From Geosiphon pyriformis uo1 (taxonomy: Eukaryota > Fungi > Glomeromycota), in assembly GCA_016748015.1 (NCBI GenBank), contig JAAOMT010000591.1, forward strand, positions 915,050-979,049: DNA of 64,000 nucleotides. Direction: 5' to 3'. The translations under genes were made by a program, and so were the position numbers. Shown piece after piece: positions 23,401 through 35,699 of this stretch (the first letter of the stretch is position 1; each line of letters begins with the position of its first letter). The notes below the pieces were generated by a model. The model saw only the letters and a program-made list of their open reading frames with translations. It searched no databases and had not been told where the DNA came from.

Positions 23401-26400
23401 ATGCCAGTGGAGTTTGAAAAGTGGGTATACCTAAAATCTGAATTCCCAGAACTATTTAAGTTTTCTGGCTGTGATAAAAAACAACTCACCCAACAACTTG
23501 AAAACCAACTACCAACTACTTATCAACAATATTTTATTAGCAATAATTACTAAAAATAAGTTACTTGCAGCCATTTTTCTATTTAAATTAGAAAACTAAT
23601 TAGAAATCTTATTATTCGGTAAAGCCATTCTCAACACTAAACCAATTACTGCCATATATACTAATGTTAAAGTTAACAGCCAATCTATTAAATTAATCCT
23701 TAATAGTAGATTAATAGGCAGTATTATTACATAATAATTTATAAACCAATTAGGCCATCAAGTTGATTAAACTGTTAGTGCTAAAATCATCACAGCTAAT
23801 AAAGTGACCAAGACTCTTATTAGTAAAATTGATAACTTCTTATTTGAAGCCAATAGCATCATGGCACTAATTAAAGTATTGGTAATAAAAGCCATATAAT
23901 ATTAAGCTTTTATTAGTAATAATTGGCTGTTCAAAACCAATATCATATTCAACTAGAACACTTAAAAGCTTCAGTTAACCTTTAATGATCAGCATATTTG
24001 AGTGTCTGCCATCTGTAAACACTTTAAAGCTCTTTTAAGAGAGCAATTATTAATCAAGTTGAAAAAAGAGAAAGAAAAACTTATCTGGAAAGCCTATCAA
24101 GTCTTATGAGCTAAAAATAAGCACAATAAATTACTGTCAATACTCTCTTGGGATAATAAAGAAAAAAAAAGAGAATAAACCAAAAACCACCACAGCTATT
24201 AAAAAAATAACCAGTAAATAAAATAAATTATACTCTATAAACACAAAAAAAAAACTGCTATATATTTTACTTAAATATATTAAGTATAATAAAAAACTTT
24301 CTTTTATAAAAGCTTGAATCTTACCTAAAAAAAATTATTGTATATGTATCCACTATTATTGTAAACAAATATCCAAAATAACAAGAAAAATAAGACAACA
24401 AATCATGTCTTACTTGTAAGAAAACCTTACTTAATAAAGAAATATGAAATAATATTCTTGGTTAAGAAAAAATGTGTAATGTATTATGTTAATACACAAT
24501 TTTAATAAGTGATTGGATAAGCCAAAAAATGCTTTTTAATGCTGTGTAAAACAGAGCTCTCTTATGCTTAAACAGTTACCTACACAATAAAGACAAAATC
24601 TGACAAATGACAAGTGTTAAAATTGAAAGCACTTTACTAAGCAAAATATTAGTGATTAAAAACAACTTATTAGAATCTGTTGAAACTATTCTTATTTCCA
24701 ATCCAGATGCATTTATTAATATTTTGAATAATCTAAAACAATTTTACAAACATTACCAGAATTTAGCACTCATTAAAGAAGAGTAAAAACAATGTTTAGA
24801 ACAATTAAATACTAGACTTTGTAAATATTGTCTAATTTTAAGTGACTTTGAATATTGTGATAATTGTAATTTTATTTATAATTTACCACTATGCATAATT
24901 TATTCAATTTTTAAAAAAAAAACCAATTAGCAAATATGCATTGAAATTGAAATCAAAATTCAATCACAATTTAGACTCTAATAATAACAACAATAATAGT
25001 TCTAATACTATTCACTATGACAACAATAATAATAATAATTCAAATTCTAATTACAATTCTGAACAATATATTATATTTCCAAATCTCTTAAAAAAGCAAG
25101 AACTTAAATGGTTTAATAATAATAATAATAAGAGTATTATGTCAAAACACATGCATAATACTAATACAAAGTTTAATTTCAAATACTTAAGAAAAACTGT
25201 CATCAGATTGAAACCAAATTTACATATTAACATAGATCTGAAAATAACACTGAAAATTCCAGCAATAACAATAGTTTAATTAATCTCAAATTTTAATTTA
25301 GCAAAAAAAAAGTTAATATTAGAAGAGAAATAATTAATACAAAATATATAGAAAATATTATTGCAATACTACAAAATAATTTAGAAAAAGAATATATAAT
25401 TAAACCAAATAAAAAAATAGCACAGGCAATATTTTTGCCTCTAGTTAAAATAGTTCAATTAGTATTAGTAAAAACAAAAAAAAAGTTAAAAATTACAGCA
25501 AGAAGAATAAAGTGATTTAGATCTATAAGTAAAATAAAAATACTAGTCAATATGGCAGAAAAAACCATTGATCAGAAAGAAATTATTTTCACTTATTAAT
25601 CAATTTTCATTCTATTATATGATCAATATATATTAATTATAAAGAGAAAAGTAAAGGATCAACTCCAGATTTTTGAAACTGAAACAAAAATTTGTGAATC
25701 AAAAAAGATTAGAATTATCAATCTTTATATACCAGCCAAAAATTATAAACACATTAAGATTCTAATATACAATATAACCAGAAACTTTATAGAAATACCA
25801 AGCAAAACTATCATTAAATACTTAAGCATTGAAGTTGAGAATCAAATATCCACCACCATTCTAGATTTTATACAATTGTGCAAATATGTAAATATCATAT
25901 TACAAACAATCTATAGACAAAAAGAATATTATTTGCTACAACCAGAACAATTGAAACAAATAAACTTAAAAAATCTAAACCCACTTTAATATATATAGCT
26001 CAAGATGTTACTCAATAATTTTACTAATATCTTTGTAAATAAAAATGAATTTGGCCAAACTGATATTATCTAACATTAAATCAAAACTGAAGATATTATG
26101 CTAATAAAGCAATAAATATACAGAATACTACTAGTTAGCTATAAAATTATCCAACAAGAAACCAACCAAATATTGGACAATAGGTTAATTCAACTATCAA
26201 TAAGTTTATAGTCATTACTAATAGTACTTGTCCAAAAGAAGAATAAAAAAATCTGCTTTTGTGTGGATTACAGAAAACTTAACAGTATTATTTGTAAAAA
26301 CAGTTATCTAACTTTATAAATTCAAAAACTATTTGATGCTTTCAGAGGAAAAAAATAGTTCTCAACATTAGACTTAAATAATGATTACTGACAAGTAATT

Positions 26401-28350
26401 ATAAATTCAACCAATAAGAAAAAGACAGCATTTATTACAAAAAAAAACTTTGAATTTAATGTTATGCTATTTAGCTTAATTAATACCCTAGTTATCTTCT
26501 AACAGCTTATAAAAATTGTTTATACTGAATTATTATAAAAATTCATAATAATTTACTTAGATAACACTAATGTGTTCTCAAAAACATTTAATAATTATCT
26601 TCATTATTTCTAACAAATATTTAAAAGATTATTATAAGTTGAATTGAAATTGAATACAACCAAATATTTCTTTAGCAAAATTGAACTCAAGTTTTTGGAA
26701 CATGTTGTAAGCAAAAACAGCATAAAAACAGATTCAGACAAAATTGAAATAGTTAAAACTTTCCAATACCAATAAATCTTACAAAATTAAGAGCATTCTT
26801 GGAATTTGCAAAATACTATTACTGTTTTATCCAAAACTTCTTTAAATTAACTCAACCACTCCACCAGCTTCAAGCAAAAAACATTAAATATAAATAGACT
26901 AAAACTCAATAAAAAGCTTTTAACATCTTAAGAAGAAAGCTTATTTAAGCTTTAGTACTAATCTATTTAAATTACAACAAGCCATTTATTATTACTACTA
27001 ATGTATTCAGTTAAGCATTAAAAGCTGTATTATTACAAAAAAAAGTAGATAAACAAAAACATCCAATGACATATGCCAGCAGAAATTTAAGTCAGCTGAG
27101 AAAAACTATAAAACTTTAATATTAGAACACTTAGTTATTTATTGGGCTGTCATTAAATAAAAAAATTACTTAAGTCAAAGGTTTAATATATACATTGATT
27201 ACAAGGAATTGACATTAATTCAGAAGCAAAAATTTGGAGACAATTGTTATATAAGATGAAAAATAGAATTATTACTATTTAATTATACTGTACATTATAA
27301 AAAAAAAAAAAAATGAAAATACTAATTATTTGTTGTGAATAAGACAAATCTAAATATTTCAAACCCAAAATATAACAAAAGATAAATACACAAAAATATC
27401 AACAACTTCAATATTATATTAATACTTAACAGTTTAAGAAAAAATTATCTTAAAAAGAACAAAACAACATAAAACAACAATCAAAATATTTTATTACTTA
27501 TTAAAATATACTATATTAAAAAAACAAAAAAAATTCAGACCAGTCACTCAAAATAATTACAGAATCAGAGAAAGAAACAATACTGTTCAATATGCACTCA
27601 AATCTGATAACAGAATATTTTTATAAAAAAACAACCATAGAAAAAATCAGAAAAAGATATTATTGGCCATCTATATATCTAAATATTATTTAATATATTT
27701 AAAATTGTGATGTTTGTTAGAAAAAAAAAGGAACAAGACCCAGTAAACCACTAAAACCAATTAAAATAAAACAACTATTTGATTAAATTGTAATTAACTT
27801 AGACAGACCATTAATAATTATCAGCAGAGACAATAAATATATAGTAATAGTCATGGAAAATTTTACAAAATGGCCAAAAGTAAAAGCAATTTAAAGAGCA
27901 AATGCAGAATTCATAGCCAAATTTATTCACCAAAATTTAATTTGTTAACATAAATGTCTAAAAGAATTATTATTAAATCAAGGAACTTATTTTGTAAACA
28001 GAACATTAATAGAATTAAGTCAAAAATTTGGAATTAAGAGATTATTATTATTATTATATTATTTACAAACAAATGGCTTAGTCAAAAAATTCAACAGAAT
28101 ATTGTATAAAGTAATAGCCAAAATTAGTTAAGAAAACCAAGATGAATAAGATTTGTTTATATTATCAGTATTATTTGCTTATTGGACAATAAAACAAGAT
28201 ATCATATAACTAACATTATTTGAACTTATCTATAATAGAACAGCAACATATATTCAACAGAACCAATAACAGAAACCAACTTTTAAAAAATATTGTTAAA
28301 AAAAACATATAACTTAATTGAAATATTAGAAAACAAAAAATAAAGAACAA
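20469..28350 (+). mobile_element. Degenerate Ty3/Gypsy element B: 5' LTR (20469-21337, family A), PBS (21340-21350), gag with CCHC knuckle, protease, Cys-rich insert, dUTPase, RT, RNase H, integrase; 3' end lost
   Basis: CYYCGKQKHLKLNC (~23008-23050); protease IKLILNSR (~23690); ICFCVDYRKLN (~26250); MLFSL and YLDN (~26460-26565); HPMTYASR (~27060); RKRYYWP..CDVC (~27650-27720); TKWP (~27865). Order is PR-RT-RH-IN. PBS TGGTGCTCTCT follows ...GTAATA. Confidence 0.9.
25110..25530 (+). pseudogene. dUTPase domain embedded in Gypsy pol between protease and RT (degenerate)
   Basis: Mutated trimeric dUTPase motifs in correct order and spacing: HNTNTKFNF (I, AGFDL), LISNFNLAKK (II, RSS/GL), REIINTKYIENI (III, GxIDxxYxG), KKIAQAIF (IV), RRIK*FRS (V, RGxxGFGS). 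Confidence 0.82.
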
Positions 28351-31300
28351 TATTACAGATGATTATTTAGAATATTAATACAAATAACAAAACTGTAACT
28401 TGGTACTTAATAGCTGAATAATATTGGTAATATCTAAAAGTTTTAATATCTAAAGGTTTTGGTATCTGAAAGTTTTGGATTGAAGTCTTTTGTATAATGA
28501 ACAGAGATTCAATAGTTGTTTTTAGTAGTTTTCCAGAATATTGATTCCATCAAATTTCTTTCTTCAGTATAGTGACTGGTTTATTCTGGCAGTTGTGTCT
28601 TTCTGGTAAGTTATCTATTAAGTTATCAATTCTATAATCTTATTTCTGAGTTTTTTACTAGACTATTTTTGACATCAATTAATCAGTGCTTAATTCCTTA
28701 AATTAGTTAATAAACAACAAAATAAAAAAAAATAAAAAAAAATAAAAGAAAATAAAGAAGTAAAGAAAATAAAATAAGAAATAAGAAATAAGTGTTTTGT
28801 TAATAGCTATAATTAAGAGCTATTGTGTCAGCAAGTTAAGTAGTGGATAATAACATGGATTTGAAGAATTAAAGAAATATTTTATTAATATAATTCTATT
28901 TTGGTTAATAGCAACTATCCTTAAAAGAAGAAGTATTTAATAATTATGACCTGTGAATCTAATTAATTTCTAAAAGTCTAATTTTCTCTCTTTTTTCCTA
29001 ATTTTTTAGCTTCTGATACTACTGCTATATATATATAATTAATGTTCTATGAAATTTTGCATATTTATGAGCAATATGTTATAATTTCTTAAACAATGTG
29101 TCTGTAATTTTTTATTGCTGAGCAATATGTTGTAATTCTTTAACAATGCTTCATATTGCTGAGCAATATGCTTATGTGCTAAATATTATTCTCTTATTGG
29201 TCTATTTTTTTTATCTGTTTTTCTTACTATTTTTCTTGTATTCTTTTTCTATGAGTAACATTATTCTCTCTTTTAATATTGAGTTCTTGCAAAATCTTCT
29301 AAATTTTTCTTTTGTATCAATGTTATTGCTGTAATTTTTATTGCTATTTTTAAATCTAATTTTTATATATGACTAGAGTTTTTAACTATAGTAGTCTGTT
29401 CAAAATATCTAAGTTCAAATCTTGTATCTGTATTATGTACATGTTCAGACATAATGTTCTTATTATTATTATTGAATTAAGTTAATTCCTGCTCTATTGT
29501 AAGATTTAGAAGTGTGATATATTGTTTGGTATTTGAAATGGAGTTTGAATTGTTGTTGATGGAGTTTGAATTGTTATTGTTATTAGTGAAATTTGAATTA
29601 TTGTTGTCATTAGTGGAATTTGAATCATTGCTGTTATTAATAGAGTTTAAATTGTTGTTGTCATTAGTGGAGTTTGAATTAGAATTAAATTCTAATTTTG
29701 ATTTCCATTTGTTCTTACTAATTGGCTCTTTTTCAAATATAATACATGAGAGTGAATTGTAACTATGTCCCAATATTCTGACTTAGGGCTGTCAAGTGAG
29801 TTTTGCTAATTTATTGGTACTATGAAAATTAGGTTTCATTAAGTTATTGGAAGTAAGTTTTTTTGTATGATAGTAGGATTTGGAATTTATTAGACTTCAA
29901 ATGTTCAGGTTTCTAAATAATTTTTGGAGTTTGAATTACTAAAGATTTAATAAGTTTTATTAACAGTAAGTTTCTTTATATAATAGTGGAATTAGAATTA
30001 TTAGGTTTTAAATATTTGGGTTTTTGAATGATTGGGTCTTAAATAATCAGAGTTTTAATTTAATAAGTTTTAATAAATTTATCAAAAGTAAGTTTTAAAT
30101 GTTTAGAATTTTAATGATGGAGTTTTGAATAATTAGAGATTTAATTTAATGAGTTTTAACAAGTTTATTAACAGTAATTTTCAAATGTTTGGGGTTTTTA
30201 ACAATTGGATCTTAAATAATTAGAGTTTTTAATTTTAACAAGTTTATTAAAGATAAGTTTCAACTGTTTGGGATTTTAATGATCAGATTTTTTTTTTTTT
30301 TTGAAAAAATAAAATTGTAAACAAACTTATGAATTATCTCATATAACTTTTAATAAGATCCTTAAAGGTAGTTTTGTTGGTTGATTTAGAAGTTAATGCC
30401 AATCAAATTGTATGTCAAATCTATTTTGATCATATAAATATAATTTATTGGACATAGTATTTCTAATGATTTGCAACAAATATCTATGAAACAAATTTAA
30501 ATCCAAATTTTGATTTTAAGACACTATATCAACCACTTTATAATTTGAGTAATTGAGTATAGTATTCGAATTGAATTGTTGACAATTTAAGTTAGTATGT
30601 AAACAAATTATTAATTATAAGATTTTCATGTAAAAAAATAACATAAAAAACTATAATTGCTTGTACTGTTAATTCAAACTTAAACTTAACTGATTTCAAA
30701 TTCAACAACAGCTGTTGTCATGCTTAAACATAATTGATATTTGTTGATTCAACCAAATCCAACCAAATATCAAAATTTTCAACTATAATCCAACTATAAA
30801 AACTAAACACTATTTTATTACAAGGATTGTTTAAATAATAGGATGCCATTTTATTTTAATATATATACCTCAATTTCATGTTTTAAAGGTCTTATATTAA
30901 GACAAAATATCAAGCATAGCACCAATAACAAGTGGACCAATTGAGGGTCAAGATAGTATTAAAAAATAACATATCTTAATATAGTCTATAATAATATTAT
31001 TATTGAAGTTTTGTCCATGTTTATTAATGTTATTTAAACCATAAACTAAAAATATAGGACAACTTTTAGCTGGATTAGTAGTGTTATAAGCTATCAGAAA
31101 CCATCAGTCTAACAACACACTATTTGAGCAAGTCACCTATGAAGAATTTATATACACACCAACAGCAGTAAATTGATTTAATTGCTGAGCCATTAGAAAA
31201 TTGATGGGCATATTGGTTTTTGAATTTACTGTGTTTTTGTAATTAAATCTGAACCAAACAGAACTATTGGTATCAGATGAAGTTACAGTAACAAATCAAA

Positions 31301-32452
31301 ACTAGAAAAAATTTCATTTATAATAATCATAATTCTTGGTTATATTATATATTCAAGATATTTCAGAAGAAATTATTTTGCAAACATATTTATAAAAAGC
31401 ATCATCTGGTAAAAAGTTGTTTAGACAAATTTGTACTTCACTAAATATTAAAGTATGTGAAAAAATTATAGAAGATTGTTGTCTATTAGCAAAATTGTTA
31501 GCCAATGAAATAGTGTGATTAACAACTGGAGATTTAACATAATTATTCATGGCTGCAAATTGTGGTTTGCTGTGATTTTTATTGCTTAAAAATTTGCTGC
31601 CATTTTAACAATTAAAAGCCACTACAAAAGCTTTTTTTTTTAAGATGCTGTTTAATTGAGAGCTTAATGCTAAGCTTGTATTAGAATTATGACAGGCACA
31701 ATTATGAGTATATCTACTCAAATTCTAAATTAAACAGTTCAGTTTGTTCAAAGAAGAAACAAACAAATGCTTAGCCAATAATGTATTATTATACAAAAGA
31801 TTAACAAATTTACCAAAAGCATGTAATTTTTTTTCATAGCAAAATATTCATAGACTCTTTGTATTACAATCTTTTGTTCACTAATTGTAAATTCTAAAAA
31901 GTCAGAAATCATATCAAGAATTTGATTGTTATTGAAATATTTAAATTTTTGACAGAAATTGCACATTAAAATTTGGTTTGTTGAAAAAAAATTAAAAATT
32001 TTTAAAAGTTCAATTGAAAATAAAATTTTAATGAGTTTAATTTAATAAACAACAACTACTATTGGTACATTTGAGTCAGCTAAAATATCACTAGTATTCA
32101 GTATAATAATTGTTGAGTAATATACCAAATGAATTAGTATTGATATATTTCATTTTGGTTGATAACAACTATCTTTGAAGGAAGAAGTATTTAATAATTA
32201 TGATCTGCAAGTCTAATTGATTTTTGAAAGTCTAATTTTCTCTTCTTTTTTTAGCTTTTAATACTACTACTATATATATAATTAATGTTTTATAAGATTT
32301 TACACATTTATAAGCAATATGTCATAATTTTCTGATAATGTTTCACATTGCTGAGCAATATGCTTACATACTAAATATTATTTTCTTATTGGTCTATTTT
32401 TTTTATTTATTTTTTCTACTATTTTTTTTGTATTTTTTTTCTATAAGTAACA
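28351..32452 (-). mobile_element. Internally deleted Gypsy element C: truncated 5' LTR (32452-~32100), gag-like tandem repeats, dUTPase fragment, PPT, complete 3' LTR (29260-28351)
   Basis: Both LTRs start TGTTACT(C/T)ATAG on the minus strand. PPT AAAAGAGAGAATAA precedes 29260. EHVHNTDTRFELRY..LDLKIA at ~29450-29340. 3' LTR end aligns with 21270-21337. Confidence 0.72.
30303..32100 (-). mobile_element. Unrelated degenerate insertion inside element C, possibly MULE-like transposase remnant
   Basis: Weak motifs KPQFAAMNN, LIFSEVQICLNNF and NTTNPAKS in plausible MULE order; sequence is very decayed. Confidence 0.25.
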
Positions 32453-35400
32453 ATATTAATGGCTTGAATTTGGCACAGATTTCTGTAAAAACATCCTAGA
32501 TAAGTGGTAACTGCTTTTGTGTCACCTTGTTTGATTGTGGTAAATGCTATTGCCAAGTGATTAATGCTGTTATTATTATTAAAGTATCTTAAAAATTCAG
32601 TTTTAAATTCATTGAAGGTTTGAAGTTTCTGAATCAGACTTTGATATTATGAGTTGGTGGTATTATTCAAGTAGAAAAACTGATCTAAAATTATGAAGAA
32701 ACGTGATCAAAATATGACATATTACAGAATAATGTGTAATAATATTGAATAATATGTTATAACTTAGGATAACATAAGATAACATATTATAATGTGAGAT
32801 AACATAGAATAACATGTAATAACATCAGATAATATATTATAACATAAAATAACTAGTAATAATATAGAAGAACAAAGCAATAACAGAAATAGCAAAGCAA
32901 TAGTTAGCAATAACAAAACAATCAAAAGCAATTCTATAAAACCAAAAGAATATATAAAAATAAGTAGTTGTAAAAGTTAGAAAAAAAAACAGAGAGAGAA
33001 ATATATGAATCACTAAACAAGAATCAAATACTCTTATCCTTTCCATCATTTATTTTATTCTATAATAATCTTCTAAAATAAATCAATTATTAAGAAATCA
33101 AAATCACAAATTTATGTTCTTAAACATTATAGATTTTACATAAATTAACTATTGTTCTATATCTTTGTTTTAGGACAGATGCTTTTAGCATAACTATCTT
33201 GAATTATTAATGATTTAGACCAGTCACTCTAGATCATGATAATTGACAATACTAATTTTTTTTTATTCTTTGTGGAGTGGCAACATAGTAAAATTGACTG
33301 TTTGGGAATAGACTTTGTGATAGTTTGGTAAAAGAGAAAAGCTTTTCCTAAGTTTTGGATATTAATATTATCTTGGTAGCTTATCAAAAAGGCAAAAAAA
33401 CAATGTCAAACTCTAATAACTGCATTCATTAGCTCAGAGAAGTTAGCTTACATTTAAAAAAAGTTGTAATCAGTAAAAGCCAAACCTCTATGTCTTATAA
33501 CCAAAAAACTCAATGGATAAATTCACAACCAGTAAATAAGACCTTCAGAAACTAATAATCAAGACTAAGTTAATGGAATTATACCAACCACATATTACTG
33601 ATAATTAAGAGCACCAAATATTACCATTTCTCTATTCTACCAAGTTTACCCATAACAATAGTATTTTGGAGAAAATACAGAATAACTTGAAAAGCTCTGG
33701 TGTTATTCTAATTATTGGTGGTAATAGCTTTGATAATGTCATTCAACCAAACTTAAGCATTGTTTTTCTCACTGCTGAATTTTTCTAATTTGGTAATTAG
33801 TGTATATGCCATTAGTGCTGTAATTGGTTGTTGTTGTGATTGTGGTGGTTGTGGCTATTGTTATAATTTAGTAATTAATACAACTAGTAATAGATTGATT
33901 ACAATTACTGGAGATAAGTTTTAAGAAACAATAGGAGCTGGGTTTGGATTATTTAGGTTTTACTGGACCTGAATAATTGGAGTTTGGATTTTTGGGTTTT
34001 CTAAGATTGGGTTTTGATAATTAAATTCCTGATCTTTGTTTTTTTTTTCTTCTGAATCAGTTATTTCTTATAGACTGGTAGCTTTGAAATTGGGTTAAGG
34101 TGGCAATGATTGAAATCCTAATGGTATTGGTGATCATGATTTGAATCCTTCAAAGTAATTGCCATAAGTTCCTAATAAATCAGTTTTTTTTTGTTAACTT
34201 TGAAATGCTATTCTTGCTAATAGTAGTTTTGTAGTTAATGTGGACATGTCTGCTAATATTATATTAATAATACTTCTTAGTGTATGATAGTATAATGAAT
34301 AAATAAGTAAAACTACTCTTGGTTTTTTTCATATAGGTAGTTATATGTTTCTTGGTGTTCTTGTTAGTGTTTGTAATTTTTCTTTGTTATTGTCTGTAAA
34401 TATAATAATAAATTTCTGTTTGGTGTGTTTCTCAATTTCTCTATTGATTTCTATGATTATTGATGTAAATAAATAATTTTGTGAAAATGTGGTGCTCTAA
34501 AGTAATTTATTATAAAAATTAATAAGTGCTGTTTCTAAATTTTTTTGGTCTTCTAAGTAAGATTTAATCTTTTTGTTAACATAGAAATTAAAAATTAATT
34601 CTGCTGGCCAATAGTTGTTTGTCAATCTTAGATAAGATTAATAGTATTGGAATAAAGCTTTCATAAATTCTAAATGATTTGTTCCTGTTACTTCTAATTC
34701 TGCCACTGTTTTAAATAATTGCTATTGATGCTAGTTTTCTGTTGGATTATATCTTATAAAAAGCACCAAATATTACAAATGATTATTTGGAGTCTGAAAA
34801 CAAATAACAAACTCATAACTTAGTGCTCAATAACTAATAATGATAGTAATATCTGAAGATTTTTATATCTAAAAATTTTGGTTGAGTTCTTTGTATAATA
34901 AACAGAATTTCAATAATAATATCTTTTGGTAATGTTTTTAGTATTTTTCTAATCTTCAAGTTGGTGTGCTTTGTTGTTTGTTGCTTTTCAAAATATCTAT
35001 ATTTTGTCAATTTCTTTTTTAGCTTAGTGGTCAGTATCTTCTGGCAAGCTATCCTTAATTATAAGTGTTTACTCTTATTCCTAGGTTTTTTACCAGTACT
35101 ATATCCTGATGCCAATACTCTGTATATTAATTCTTTTAATCAATTAGTAAATCAACAACAAAATAAAAAAATAAAAGAAAATAAAGAAAAGAAAAAATTA
35201 ATATTCTGTTAATAGCCATAAATAAAAGCTATTGTTTTAGCATAATTAAGTATTGAATATTATTAACACTTCATGTTGATAAATAAAAAAGTGATTAGAT
35301 TCTCAAACAAATAATAAAAATATGAGTTAAATGATAATAAGTATGTTTTATTTAATATTCAGTGAATAAATTTACTTTGGTGAATATTAAATATTCATAA

Positions 35401-35684
35401 AGTGAGAGTTGGTTAATAGGTAAAAAAAGAGATGTTAAATTGGCATTAAACTGAATTTTTTGTCTGAATTCTGAATGCTTTCTTGTTTCTAATACTATTG
35501 CTATATATATATAGTTGGTATTATACAAAATTTCTGGAATCCTTGTAATTTCTTTAGAAAAATTCTGGAATTCTGAAATTCTGCAATTTCTTTAGAAAAA
35601 TCCTAGAATTTCTTTATTACTATGCCTATTTCTAATTAGCTATTCTTCTAACTATGATATTTCTAATTTCTATGAGTAATAACA
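32453..35684 (-). mobile_element. Gypsy element D: 5' LTR (35684-34771, family A), PBS (~34770-34757), gag, interrupted by solo LTR-B and element C
   Basis: LTR is the reverse complement homologue of 20469-21337. PBS TTGGTGCTTTT. gag remnants TNNYWPAELIFNFYVNKKI and TYLGCFYRNLCQIQAI parallel those in element B. Confidence 0.8.
32661..33657 (+). mobile_element. Solo LTR (family B) inserted into gag of element D
   Basis: Aligns along its length with the reverse complement of 17013-18041. Ends CATAACA. Flanks rejoin gag ..YFLQNT|xNS*YQSL; degenerate 4-bp TSD GTGG/ATAG. Confidence 0.8.
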
Positions 35685-35699
35685 GCAATTTATCATCAG

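Noticed and set aside
20469-35684. One giant element with ~0.9-kb terminal inverted repeats
   Set aside because: Each end is an ordinary LTR followed by its own PBS and gag; these are two independent, diverged, oppositely oriented insertions.
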